Positions 1-8,507 of a DNA stretch of 64,000 nt are shown here, piece by piece. The number at the start of each line of letters is the position of its first letter. Position 1 is the stretch's first letter. Source of the DNA: Rickettsiales bacterium (GTDB taxonomy: Bacteria; Pseudomonadota; Alphaproteobacteria; Rickettsiales; SXRF01); contig JAOAUZ010000001.1 in the NCBI GenBank assembly GCA_025464625.1, forward strand, positions 462,848 through 526,847. Reading direction: 5' to 3'. The notes under the pieces are model-generated. The model saw only the letters and a program-made list of their open reading frames with translations. It had not been told where the DNA came from and did not search any database. The position numbers were made by a program, and so were the translations under genes.

Positions 1-1208
1 ATAGCCGTTTTGGGTTGTTCAAGCAATACGCCCTGCCCAGCTTTACCGTGATCTTCTTTCTTCTCAGCAGCTGGGGTATTTTGTTTTGCTGCAACTTCAG
101 TTTCTTTTTTATCGTCTTCCTGTTTTATTCCAAAAATTGCCATTATAAAGCCGATAATCATCTCAAGAATACCACCACCAAAGCCTTTTCCACCTTTGGC
201 TTGCTTTTCTTTTTCTTTTTCTTCTTCTTTAGCCTTATCAGGGTCTGGGTTAGGTGATTCCGCACCAGCTTTTTTAGCCTCGCGGATTGCCAACGCTGCC
301 TCAGCAGTCATTTTTATACCAGTATTTTTTGTATATTCGTCCGCTTCCTTCTGACCAGTCGGATCTTCTTTACGCAGAATTTCATCATTTTTTAGAATTG
401 CCTGTTTAGCTTGAAGCGGAAATTGGGAAACTGCAACCTTCAAAGATTCCGCTGATTTTTCTGCTTCTGCCTTGTCAACTTCCTTATTACCATCAAGATC
501 AAGTTTGCTGGCACTAATGATACCTTTTCTTGTAGCCAAAGCTTCCTTTGCAGCACCAGCAAGTCCTTTTTGCAATTCAATTGCTGCCTCTGGGGATATC
601 TCTAATCCCAATCCGCGCACCATGGCAGAAGAAATCTCTTTTCCATCGCTACCTTCCTTTTTTATCATTTCCCGTAGTTCTGCTTCTGGTAATTTATTTA
701 ATGAAGAAGATAATAAAGATGGATCTATAGTTTTTATTTTGGCATTGAAATCCTTTGCTTCTTGCAGACTAATTTTACCATCGCCATTAGGATCATAGAC
801 CTCTTTTAATGCTTCCTTAAGGGTTTGTGACGAAGGATTAGCTAAAAATTTCTCAATCTTAGTCTCAGGCTCAGAACCTAGCCCTGATCTTCCCCACTCT
901 TTTTGCTCTAATCTTCTCCACTCTTCGAAATCAAATCCTCCACTACTCATACCCATAGGCAAAGGTGTCAGCGTTGCGACAGCAGGAGCAGATTCCTGTG
1001 GTGCTTGTGAAGATTTTTCTTCTTTAGGTTGTTCAATCTTTGTGCTGGTAACTTCTGAAGCTGATGCACTAGCCTGTGCTGTAACAATAGTAGGAGTTTT
1101 CTTATCTAGCTCGCCAGCAACCCTATCAAGTTCATTATGTGCGCCACCTGAGTGTAGCTGCCCCTGTACTGGTCCTTGTACGCTTTCCCCAATTTTCATT
1201 TCAGCCAT
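1..1208 (-). CDS. hypothetical Ala/Lys/Glu-rich protein with EF-hand-type Ca-binding loops (3' end runs off the window)
   Basis: Absent from the ORF track because it has no stop inside the window. Hand translation of the minus strand from ATG 1208 (MAEMKIGESVQGPVQG...) finds no in-frame stop down to base 3 (402 codons). Purine-rich AAGAAGG lies upstream of the ATG. EF-hand loops at 759-794 and 465-500; one hydrophobic stretch GGILEMIIGFIMAIFGI. Confidence 0.6.
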   Translation of the reverse strand, partial: MAEMKIGESVQGPVQGQLHSGGAHNELDRVAGELDKKTPTIVTAQASASASEVTSTKIEQPKEEKSSQAPQESAPAVATLTPLPMGMSSGGFDFEEWRRLEQKEWGRSGLGSEPETKIEKFLANPSSQTLKEALKEVYDPNGDGKISLQEAKDFNAKIKTIDPSLLSSSLNKLPEAELREMIKKEGSDGKEISSAMVRGLGLEISPEAAIELQKGLAGAAKEALATRKGIISASKLDLDGNKEVDKAEAEKSAESLKVAVSQFPLQAKQAILKNDEILRKEDPTGQKEADEYTKNTGIKMTAEAALAIREAKKAGAESPNPDPDKAKEEEKEKEKQAKGGKGFGGGILEMIIGFIMAIFGIKQEDDKKETEVAAKQNTPAAEKKEDHGKAGQGVLLEQPKTA

Positions 1209-1236
1209 AAATTTACCTTCTTATAAATTATTCAGG

Positions 1237-1767
1237 TTAGGCTGGAACAACACCAGCATCTTTTGTTTGCTGTTTAGCTGCGCCAGCTTGATATTGCGCT
1301 GAATTAGCTTCTGCCATTACCGCACCACTATCCCTGAGTCCTTTGCTGGCAGCAGCGAGAAGGGCAGGGTCAATATTCCCGATATTACCGCTAACTTTTT
1401 CTGCTGTGGCAACTACATCATTCATCACTGGAGCTTTTCCACCAGTGCCAGTTGCCTTTGCTTCCAAATCAGTTTTTGCGTGATCTTTTTCTTCCTGCGA
1501 TAACCCAAGCGCAGCAAGCGCGCGCGCAATTAACGATTTTCCAGCTTCTTTTTCAATGTCTGCTGGTTTTGCGTTTGCTTCTTCAGCCCTGCCTTTATCA
1601 GGAAGTTCCATTCCTCTAGAACCAGCGTTCGCTGCATTAGCTTCGCCTTGTTTAGTCCCCGCTGGAATAACGGCATCCGCACTCGACACATCCTTACCAC
1701 CAGATGTTCTTATTTCAGCCGTAATAGGTGGCGCAGATTTTTCAAACTTCACATCATCATCAGCCAT
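1237..1767 (-). CDS. hypothetical Ala/Gly/Lys-rich protein, no signal peptide
   Basis: ORF track gives 1237..1800. I place the start at internal ATG 1767 (MADDDVKFEK...) because the 80 nt upstream plus ATG-GCT align with the leader of gene 1873..2526. No family recognised. Confidence 0.55.
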   Translation of the reverse strand: MADDDVKFEKSAPPITAEIRTSGGKDVSSADAVIPAGTKQGEANAANAGSRGMELPDKGRAEEANAKPADIEKEAGKSLIARALAALGLSQEEKDHAKTDLEAKATGTGGKAPVMNDVVATAEKVSGNIGNIDPALLAAASKGLRDSGAVMAEANSAQYQAGAAKQQTKDAGVVPA

Positions 1768-1847
1768 AAACTCGTCCTTACTATAGGTTACATGAGCCAA
1801 GTGTAGCAGCTTATTTACAATATTTGTGTGAAGGTTTTATGACAATT
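1768..1847 (-). promoter_or_regulatory. conserved 80-nt leader/promoter block, copy 1
   Basis: Aligns without gaps to 2527-2606 at 61/80 positions (hand count). Contains TTGTCA-N17-TATTGT on the minus strand. Confidence 0.45.
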
Positions 1848-1872
1848 TGCCAGTTTTATTATGGCTTTATCT

Positions 1873-2526
1873 TTATATTTCAACGGATCCACGAGATGTT
1901 TTGGATAGCCCAATATTCGCTGCGACTTGAATCTGTGGAGTTTTATCAACTTCGCTCAGTGCAACACCACTTTCCTTCTGTATACGCCCTTCGTTAGCAA
2001 CTTTTGCAAGTATCTCTGGGGAAAGCTGTGAATTACCATTTGTTTCAGCAGGTAACTGATTTTTAACTTCAATTTGCCCATATTTGCCAGCTTTTACAAA
2101 TTCGGCAGCATTCCCCCGTGCTTCTTGTTCTAGTTTTTCAAACCCTTTTATTGTATCGGCATGAAATTTGTGCGTTTCCTTGTCATCAGCATTCAGTTTT
2201 TTATATTCTTCGATTCTACTGTCTGCGTATTCGTAAATTTTTTTCACGTCTTTAACTGAAATTGCTCCATCATTGGAGCGATCCTGTTCCTTTAGAGGAA
2301 CTCCAATCTCTTTAGCTGCGTCTTTCAACAAATCATCCAAATTTGCCAAAGCCCTTGTGTGCAATGCGGAACGTGCTTTTACCTCTTTAGGTTCATTACC
2401 TTTCACATGTTCTTCAATTCTATTTTTATAGTTCTGTGATTCAGCAGACATATCGCTATAGAGCCTATCAATAGGTCTATCTGAAAAATATGAAAATGTA
2501 GTCCCGTCTGGAGATTTCTCAGCCAT
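1873..2526 (-). CDS. hypothetical charged protein with one EF-hand-like loop, no signal peptide
   Basis: 217-aa ORF starting MAEKSPDGTTFSYFSD. Loop DRSNDGAISVKD at 2248-2283. No family recognised. Confidence 0.6.
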   Translation of the reverse strand: MAEKSPDGTTFSYFSDRPIDRLYSDMSAESQNYKNRIEEHVKGNEPKEVKARSALHTRALANLDDLLKDAAKEIGVPLKEQDRSNDGAISVKDVKKIYEYADSRIEEYKKLNADDKETHKFHADTIKGFEKLEQEARGNAAEFVKAGKYGQIEVKNQLPAETNGNSQLSPEILAKVANEGRIQKESGVALSEVDKTPQIQVAANIGLSKTSRGSVEI

Positions 2527-2606
2527 AAACTCGTCATTATTCTCGGTTACTTGAGATAAGTGTAACAGATTGTTCGTAAGATTTTTATTAAGGTTTTGTT
2601 ACAATT
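2527..2606 (-). promoter_or_regulatory. conserved 80-nt leader/promoter block, copy 2
   Basis: Ungapped match to 1768-1847. Conservation stops right after codon 2 of the downstream ORF. Confidence 0.45.
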
Positions 2607-2608
2607 AA

Positions 2609-2941
2609 TCAAATCTTCCTGAAAAAACAACTGCGCTCACCAGTGTGGCAGGCAACGCCAACCTGTTCAATTTTAAGGAGTATTGTATCGCCATCACAAT
2701 CAATCAGGCATTCTTTCAGGGTTTGGGTATGGGAAGAGGTTTCACCCTTGCGCCATAGCGATTTTCGCGAGCGCGACCAATAATAGACTTGCCCAGTCGT
2801 CAGGGTTTTTTCCAGTGAATCTGCATTCATCCACGCCATCATCAGCACTTCGCCAGTAAGATGGTCTTGCGCGATAGCTGGCACAAGTCCGTTATCGTCA
2901 AATTTCACTTGTTTTAGAATATCTGTAATATCTCGGTTCAT
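2609..2941 (-). CDS. hisI: phosphoribosyl-AMP cyclohydrolase
   Basis: 110 aa with [34 protein letters not shown] and CDGDTILL motifs typical of HisI. Confidence 0.9.
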   Translation of the reverse strand: MNRDITDILKQVKFDDNGLVPAIAQDHLTGEVLMMAWMNADSLEKTLTTGQVYYWSRSRKSLWRKGETSSHTQTLKECLIDCDGDTILLKIEQVGVACHTGERSCFFRKI

Positions 2942-2969
2942 GCCATTGGTTTTACCTTACAAATATCAT

Positions 2970-3050
2970 GTTGTCATCTCGAACATAGTGAGAGATCTTG
3001 TCTTTATTTCTTGTAAAGAAAAGATGTCTCGACAAGCTCGACATGACAAC
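2970..3050. repeat. palindromic intergenic element (short-arm variant)
   Basis: Terminal inverted repeat GTTGTCATCTCGAAC / GCTCGACATGACAAC with an internal imperfect palindrome. Its left half matches the reverse complement of the mini-copy at 41593-41621. Confidence 0.75.
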
Positions 3051-3053
3051 AAA

Positions 3054-3124
3054 TGTCATTCCGAGTGTAACGAGGAATCTTTACATTATAAAGCAAAGAT
3101 CCCTCGGCTGCGCTCGACATGACA
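3054..3124. repeat. palindromic intergenic element (TGTCATTCCGAG family)
   Basis: TGTCATTCCGAG...CTCGACATGACA. The core GAGGAATCTTTACATTATAAAGCAAAGATCCCTC is the reverse complement of the core at 11863-11932. Confidence 0.85.
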
Positions 3125-3130
3125 AAGTTG

Positions 3131-3928
3131 TTATAAATCAATTTCTAGCAATACAGGAACATGGTCAGATGGTGATGGAAAATCGCGGGCATCTTTCAGA
3201 ATAGAAAAATTTCTAAGGGCGGTGGTAAGTTGCGGAGTTACCCAGATATGATCCAGCCTGCGCCCACGGTTGGATTTTCGCCAATCGCGGTTGCGATAGC
3301 TCCACCAACTATAGAGTTTTTGTTCGCTATCTACAAAATGCCGTGCCACATCGCACCAGCTATATGATTCTTTTAGTGCGTTAAGTCGGGTTATTTCTGG
3401 TTCAGTATGGCTAACTACATTCATAAGTTGTTTGTGTGACCAAACGTCATGGGGCAGGGGAGCAATGTTAAAATCTCCCAAAATAATAGCATTTCTATTA
3501 GATTTTTTAAGTTCCCTCGACCACCGCGTCATGTGTTCGACAAAACGTAACTTAAAATCATATGCTGGGTTTAATGTTGGATCTGGAATATCTCCGCCAG
3601 CAGGAACATAAAAATTATGCAACGCCACACCGCCTTCTAGTTCCACAGAAATATGTCTCTTATCTTCAGAATCAGCTATTTTTAGGCAATCAATTTTCCT
3701 AAACTTATGCTTAGAAAGTATAGCCACACCATTGTAACTTTTCTGCCCAGAAAATGCGATATGTGGGAAGCCAAGATATTTTAGGTCATCAAGTGGGAAA
3801 ACGTTGTCATCGGCTTTCGTTTCCTGCAAACAAATTATGTCAGGATTTTCCTGCTCAATTACTTTCTGCAATAATGGGATACGGATACGAACGGAATTTA
3901 TATTCCAGCTAATAATTTTCAGTGCCAT
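3131..3928 (-). CDS. xthA: exodeoxyribonuclease III (AP endonuclease)
   Basis: 265 aa. N-terminus KIISWNINSVR, then CLQETK and C-terminal SDHVPV, typical of the ExoIII family. Confidence 0.9.
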   Translation of the reverse strand: MALKIISWNINSVRIRIPLLQKVIEQENPDIICLQETKADDNVFPLDDLKYLGFPHIAFSGQKSYNGVAILSKHKFRKIDCLKIADSEDKRHISVELEGGVALHNFYVPAGGDIPDPTLNPAYDFKLRFVEHMTRWSRELKKSNRNAIILGDFNIAPLPHDVWSHKQLMNVVSHTEPEITRLNALKESYSWCDVARHFVDSEQKLYSWWSYRNRDWRKSNRGRRLDHIWVTPQLTTALRNFSILKDARDFPSPSDHVPVLLEIDL

Positions 3929-3934
3929 GAATTT

Positions 3935-4195
3935 TTATTTTTTTGTAGATTTTGGCTTGGGCTTGGGTTTCGCAGCGGCTTCATTTTGCAGAGCAACTTC
4001 CTCTTTAACCTGTTTCCTTATTTCTTCTTTTACTTGCTCGCTAAGTTGTGGCTTTGGTTGCTCAACCACTTCCTTTGGCGTTTCTTTTACTGGAGGTTCG
4101 TAGTCATCAACAATATTGCTTTGAAAACGTGGAGTGATAAGGCATCCTGAAACTTGAAGTGAAATTATGGCTAACAATAAAATACGCAGGAACAT
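3935..4195 (-). CDS. small lipoprotein with Lys/Glu/Pro-rich tail
   Basis: 86 aa. Signal peptide ending in lipobox LQVSGC. Tail AAAKPKPKPKSTKK. Confidence 0.6.
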   Translation of the reverse strand: MFLRILLLAIISLQVSGCLITPRFQSNIVDDYEPPVKETPKEVVEQPKPQLSEQVKEEIRKQVKEEVALQNEAAAKPKPKPKSTKK

Positions 4196-4205
4196 CGTAA
4201 CACTC

Positions 4206-4670
4206 TTATTTTTTAATGTTTGAATAGTCCGTAGTTAGCAGCGAATGCAGCTCTTTGGCATCGCCATTAGCACGGATTTTTTTACAGAGTGATTTATCAC
4301 GCAGTAGTTTTGATATGGTCGCCAAAGCCTTTAAATGCTCGGTATCGTCTGAAGCTGGGCTTAATAGCAAAAAAATTAAATCAACTTTTTTACCATCAGC
4401 CGCGCCAAAATCTATCGGCTGATCAAGTCGTGCAAAAACTATATGTATAGACTCAAGTGAATCAAAACGACCGTGTGGAATACACACGCCATTTCCCATA
4501 CCAGTGCAACCGATACTTTCACGTTCAGTCAGCACCGAGAAAATCTCTTTTTCTGACAATTGGCAAAGAGTTGCTGCATGTGCTGAAAGGAGTTTTAGAA
4601 CCTGTTTTTTGTCACGCGCCTGTAGATGTGGGATTATTGCAGCGACAGGCAGTAATGGCGTGATGTCCAT
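4206..4670 (-). CDS. ptsN: PTS EIIA-Ntr nitrogen regulatory protein
   Basis: 154 aa. Active-site context GMGNGVCIPHGRF. Sits directly downstream of hpf, the canonical pairing. Confidence 0.85.
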   Translation of the reverse strand: MDITPLLPVAAIIPHLQARDKKQVLKLLSAHAATLCQLSEKEIFSVLTERESIGCTGMGNGVCIPHGRFDSLESIHIVFARLDQPIDFGAADGKKVDLIFLLLSPASDDTEHLKALATISKLLRDKSLCKKIRANGDAKELHSLLTTDYSNIKK

Positions 4671-4685
4671 ATGGTTACTTTGAAA

Positions 4686-5273
4686 TTAAGCGGCTTTTTC
4701 CGATGGATCAACCCATGAAATATTACCGTCTGCCCGTTTATATACCACGTTAAGACGACCATGCGCTGAATTAAAGAACATAACGGCTGGAAGGTCTTGC
4801 AAATCCATTTTCATAACAGCTTCACTAACTGTCAAAGTTTCAATGTCAGTAGGTTTTTCAGCAATGATAAGACCAGCCTGTTTATCCTCGTCATGCTCAC
4901 CTGATTCCGGAGAGATAACATATTTTGTTCCAATTTTACGAACAGCCTGCGCTTGCTGCTCATGAGTTATTTTATGATGATTGGTGATTTTACGTTTATA
5001 GCGGCGCAATTGTTTGCTGACTTTTTCCAACGCTTCATCAAAAGCAGCATAGACATCCTCCAATGCACCACGACCACGAACTACGAGACCTGAATGCGTT
5101 CCCATATTACCAGTAATATCCACGCGGAACAAATGTGCTTCACGCGATATAACAACATGAACACTAGTTACACGGTCTATGTATTTTTTCACATGTTCTT
5201 CGATTTGGTTTTCAATATGGCTTTGCAAAGCTGCGCCAACGTCTACGCCTTTACCAGAAACAGAAATTTGCAT
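4686..5273 (-). CDS. hpf: ribosome hibernation promoting factor (long HPF/RaiA)
   Basis: 195 aa starting MQISVSGKGVDVGAALQSHIE, with a C-terminal dimerisation-type extension. Paired with ptsN. Confidence 0.85.
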   Translation of the reverse strand: MQISVSGKGVDVGAALQSHIENQIEEHVKKYIDRVTSVHVVISREAHLFRVDITGNMGTHSGLVVRGRGALEDVYAAFDEALEKVSKQLRRYKRKITNHHKITHEQQAQAVRKIGTKYVISPESGEHDEDKQAGLIIAEKPTDIETLTVSEAVMKMDLQDLPAVMFFNSAHGRLNVVYKRADGNISWVDPSEKAA

Positions 5274-5409
5274 ATATGTTCTCTTTGTGCTGTTGATGTT
5301 ATGAAATCTAACTCAGGGTTGATTATAGCACAAAACACAGCGATGCAACAGAATTAAGAATATTTTGGAAAATGAAAAATTATAAACTCTGGTATATTGC
5401 GGAATAGAT

Positions 5410-6537
5410 TTAAATTTTAGGTATGCGTACACCGAGAGCCTTTGAAAGCCTATCAAGTTCACCATAATAAGCAACGCGGCGCAAGCAGCGAGGCATCACA
5501 CCCGTCCATTTAAACATACCGTCGGTTGACAAAGCAATGCCAACTCCACTGCCTTCTTTTGAGCAATTGAATAATTCGTTCATGGTAATCATGTCGCCTT
5601 CCATGCCAGCGATTTCAGAAATAAATGATATTCGACGGCTACCATTGCCCTGACGGCTAACCTGAATGATAATGTGGATAGCAGAAGCCACTTGAGTTCG
5701 AACTGAACGCAAGGAGGCGTTAACATTTGCCATACTCACGATATTATCAAGACGCATAAGTGCATCGCGCGGATGGTTGGCGTGTATAGTTGCCAGTGAG
5801 CCTTCATGACCAGTATTCATAGCTTGTAACATATCAAACGCTTCAGCCCCGCGTACCTCACCAAGAATAATACGATCTGGCCGCATACGCAGTGCATTTC
5901 TTACTAAATCACGGATTGTTACTTCATCTTTGGCGTGTTCACCATGAATTGCAGGCTGTGATTCCAAGCGCACCACATGTGCTTTTTGTAACTGAAGTTC
6001 GGCAGCATCCTCGATTGTAACAACACGCTCCCAGTTATTAATATGATTGGATATTGCATTCAGCAAAGTTGTTTTACCAGAGCCAGTCCCGCCAGATATA
6101 AGAATATTCATGCGGCAGGCAGCAGCTATTTTAAGGAATTCGCTCATAGCTTCCGACATACAGCCTTGTGCCACCATATCATCAAGCGAGCGTTTTTTAG
6201 GAGCAAATTTACGGATAGATATAGTAGTTCCGTCAACCGCAAGTGGCGGAGCAATGATATTCACACGGCTGCCGTCAGCAAGGCGAGCATCAACCATTGG
6301 TCTTTCATCTTCCAAGGTACGACCGACTATTTTTACAATATAATGAGCCAAATCATTAACTGCTTTTTCATCAGCAAATGTAATATCTGTTTTTGATAGA
6401 ACTCCATCGCGCTCTACATAAATTTCATTATAACCATTAACCAGAATATCGTTGATTGTGTGGTCAGCAAGTAATGGGGCTATAACTCCGAATTTACTAT
6501 AATCTGTTAGTTTTTGTGTTTCAATTATCATAATCAC
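5410..6537 (-). CDS. CpaF/TadA-family secretion ATPase, orphan short paralogue
   Basis: 375 aa. Walker [10 protein letters not shown], Asp box [10 protein letters not shown], Walker B/His box [29 protein letters not shown]. Roughly half of core residues match cpaF at 34492 by eye. Lacks the roughly 130-aa N-terminal region of that copy. Confidence 0.85.
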   Translation of the reverse strand: MIMIIETQKLTDYSKFGVIAPLLADHTINDILVNGYNEIYVERDGVLSKTDITFADEKAVNDLAHYIVKIVGRTLEDERPMVDARLADGSRVNIIAPPLAVDGTTISIRKFAPKKRSLDDMVAQGCMSEAMSEFLKIAAACRMNILISGGTGSGKTTLLNAISNHINNWERVVTIEDAAELQLQKAHVVRLESQPAIHGEHAKDEVTIRDLVRNALRMRPDRIILGEVRGAEAFDMLQAMNTGHEGSLATIHANHPRDALMRLDNIVSMANVNASLRSVRTQVASAIHIIIQVSRQGNGSRRISFISEIAGMEGDMITMNELFNCSKEGSGVGIALSTDGMFKWTGVMPRCLRRVAYYGELDRLSKALGVRIPKI

Positions 6538-6716
6538 TCAATGGTTAATTGCTGACTTATCCCTTAGACAATAGTGGATAAACGTTAATTTTAAGTTATG
6601 TGGAGGTTTATTTTTTGACAATAAACTGAGTAAACCTGCTAATTATGACAATAAGCACGAGCCAATATATCGCCAACAAGCATTAACCATATATTTACCA
6701 GATGAAACCCTGTACA

Positions 6717-7157
6717 TCAACGGCTTCTGTTATTGGTATTTTCTACACTCTGAAAAGTTTTTGCCTTTTGTGCGGCGACTTTAAGTTGGTGTGGCTCAAG
6801 CTCTGATAATTTCATTAAGTCCATTTGAATCAATGTATTTCCTCTAACTTTATCTGTGTATGTTTCAGAGGATTTTGCTGCCCCCGACTCTTTTGGGGCA
6901 ATATAGCCGCCCGATAGATTTTGATCACTACTAACAAAATCTCTTATAATTTTAGCAACAGGCTCTGCTTTAATTCCAGAAATTTTAAAATTCAAAGCAA
7001 TAATTGGTGAGGAATTTTCTTTTTCAATAACAGAAGGATAGACATCAACAGCTGCACCATGACGTTTTGCAATTATATCAACCACATCAGCAACATTCAT
7101 CATAGCTTCTTGAGCTTTCTTTGGTAGAGGTGCTGTATGAATAGTGGTAGTAGCCAT
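6717..7157 (-). CDS. hypothetical protein
   Basis: 146-aa ORF with GAGGA 7 nt upstream of the ATG. No motif recognised. Confidence 0.5.
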   Translation of the reverse strand: MATTTIHTAPLPKKAQEAMMNVADVVDIIAKRHGAAVDVYPSVIEKENSSPIIALNFKISGIKAEPVAKIIRDFVSSDQNLSGGYIAPKESGAAKSSETYTDKVRGNTLIQMDLMKLSELEPHQLKVAAQKAKTFQSVENTNNRSR

Positions 7158-7466
7158 AAAAAAATCCTCAAAAAGATAAAAAATAAAACTTCAGAATAAT
7201 CCACGATACTACATATTATCATTCTGTTTGTTACAGTTTTATGAAAAATTATATATGACCTATATTATATAGCCTCATTTCATCTTTAAATACTGGTAAC
7301 TAGCTGATTATATTAAATAACAGCCATTTATTTCTAAGATATTTTTTGTAATTATTAGGTCGTTTTTTGCAATATTTTCTAAATTTTTTTGTATAATTGA
7401 CCATAATCAAATTATTTCATGCGAATAGTTATACTCTCGCCTCGTAACGCTATAACGGAGGCATCT

Positions 7467-7682
7467 ATGAAAGCAGTAATACTTTGCGCATCTAATGATA
7501 ATTTTCAGGCTCGTAATATTTTAGGTGGAGGGCATCCTCCGCTTACTGAGTTAAATAGGGTTACTTTGCCAATTTCGTTGGAGCATATAATCGGAGGGGA
7601 TGTTGAAAATTTTAGAAATCTTGAGGATTTTCTTTCACCTGTTGAGTCTTGCGATGAGATTGTAGCATTACTACCTCATTAG
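7467..7682 (+). CDS. hypothetical small protein
   Basis: ORF track gives 7419..7682. Internal ATG 7467 has GGAGG 5 nt upstream, and a clean rho-independent terminator follows at 7711-7741. Confidence 0.45.
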   Translation: MKAVILCASNDNFQARNILGGGHPPLTELNRVTLPISLEHIIGGDVENFRNLEDFLSPVESCDEIVALLPH

Positions 7683-7710
7683 TTGGAGTATTATTTTCCT
7701 CTCCCTTTTT

Positions 7711-7741
7711 AGACCTCTGCTCCCCCAGAGGTCTTTTTTTA
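7711..7741 (+). terminator. rho-independent terminator
   Basis: AGACCTCTG-ctccccc-CAGAGGTCT followed by a T run. Confidence 0.8.
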
Positions 7742-7829
7742 TAAAAAATCTTTATAATGCTTGCGTTAATAGCATGGCACCTTATCTTAGAAGGATATTT
7801 TCTATATCAACAGCTTACAATAACTAGAT

Positions 7830-8507
7830 ATGTGTTTTTCACCTACTGTTAGTTTTGTTGCCAGTGCAGGGCTTTTTGCTGTGGGAATACTGACACTAAG
7901 AAAAACATCATTAAGGCATGAAGTTTTATTTGCATCCATCCCATTGTTATTTTCTATCCAGCAATTTATAGAGGGATTAATCTGGCTTGAGCTGATGGGT
8001 GGAGGAGGGGAAAGCCCATTACAACACATCCTGACGCAGGCTTATGCAGTTTTTGTCGGTGTATTATGGCCTGTTCTTCCTGCTTTGAGCGTGTGGATAC
8101 TTGAGCCAGTGCGTAAGCGTAAAAATGCCATTTTGCCTATAATAGCGATAGGCGTTGGAATCGCTTTCTACACTCTTGGCAAAATGCTACTATTCCCTAT
8201 AACTGCGAAAATAACCCAAAATTGCATCAGCTATGAATATCCAGTAATTCTCCCACATTTTATATTATTTTTATATGTGATCGCCACCTGTGCAGGATTT
8301 TTAATATCCAGTAGCTCGATTATAAGAAAGTGCGGTGTGGTCAACCTAATCACATTCTCCATTGCATATTATTTCTATGAATATGATCTGACATCAGTGT
8401 GGTGCTTGTTCGCAGCCATCGCCAGCGGCATGATTTATTTTTATTTTAGTCAGAGGAATAGCACTACGGTAAATATTGCTGCGTTGAGCAGCACATCATC
8501 TGTTTAA
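7830..8507 (+). CDS. polytopic membrane protein, unknown function
   Basis: 225 aa with about six or seven hydrophobic segments, starting MCFSPTVSFVASAGLFAVG. No catalytic motif recognised. Confidence 0.6.
   Translation: MCFSPTVSFVASAGLFAVGILTLRKTSLRHEVLFASIPLLFSIQQFIEGLIWLELMGGGGESPLQHILTQAYAVFVGVLWPVLPALSVWILEPVRKRKNAILPIIAIGVGIAFYTLGKMLLFPITAKITQNCISYEYPVILPHFILFLYVIATCAGFLISSSSIIRKCGVVNLITFSIAYYFYEYDLTSVWCLFAAIASGMIYFYFSQRNSTTVNIAALSSTSSV

Noticed and set aside
15-1302. Plus-strand track ORFs 15..257, 472..798, 548..730 and 1042..1302
   Set aside because: All lie antisense to the long open minus-strand frame (<1..1208), which has a coherent protein sequence with EF-hand loops. Their translations are low-complexity Phe/Ser/Leu strings typical of shadow ORFs.
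2940-3204. Track ORFs 2940..3122 and 2998..3204 (+)
   Set aside because: They are read straight through the two tandem palindromic elements and into xthA antisense. They are an artefact of repeat sequence, not genes.
6573-6581. Single DnaA-box-like 9-mer (reverse complement TTATCCACT) upstream of the orphan CpaF gene
   Set aside because: It is an isolated 8/9 match with no partner boxes. One such hit is expected by chance in 64 kb of AT-rich sequence.
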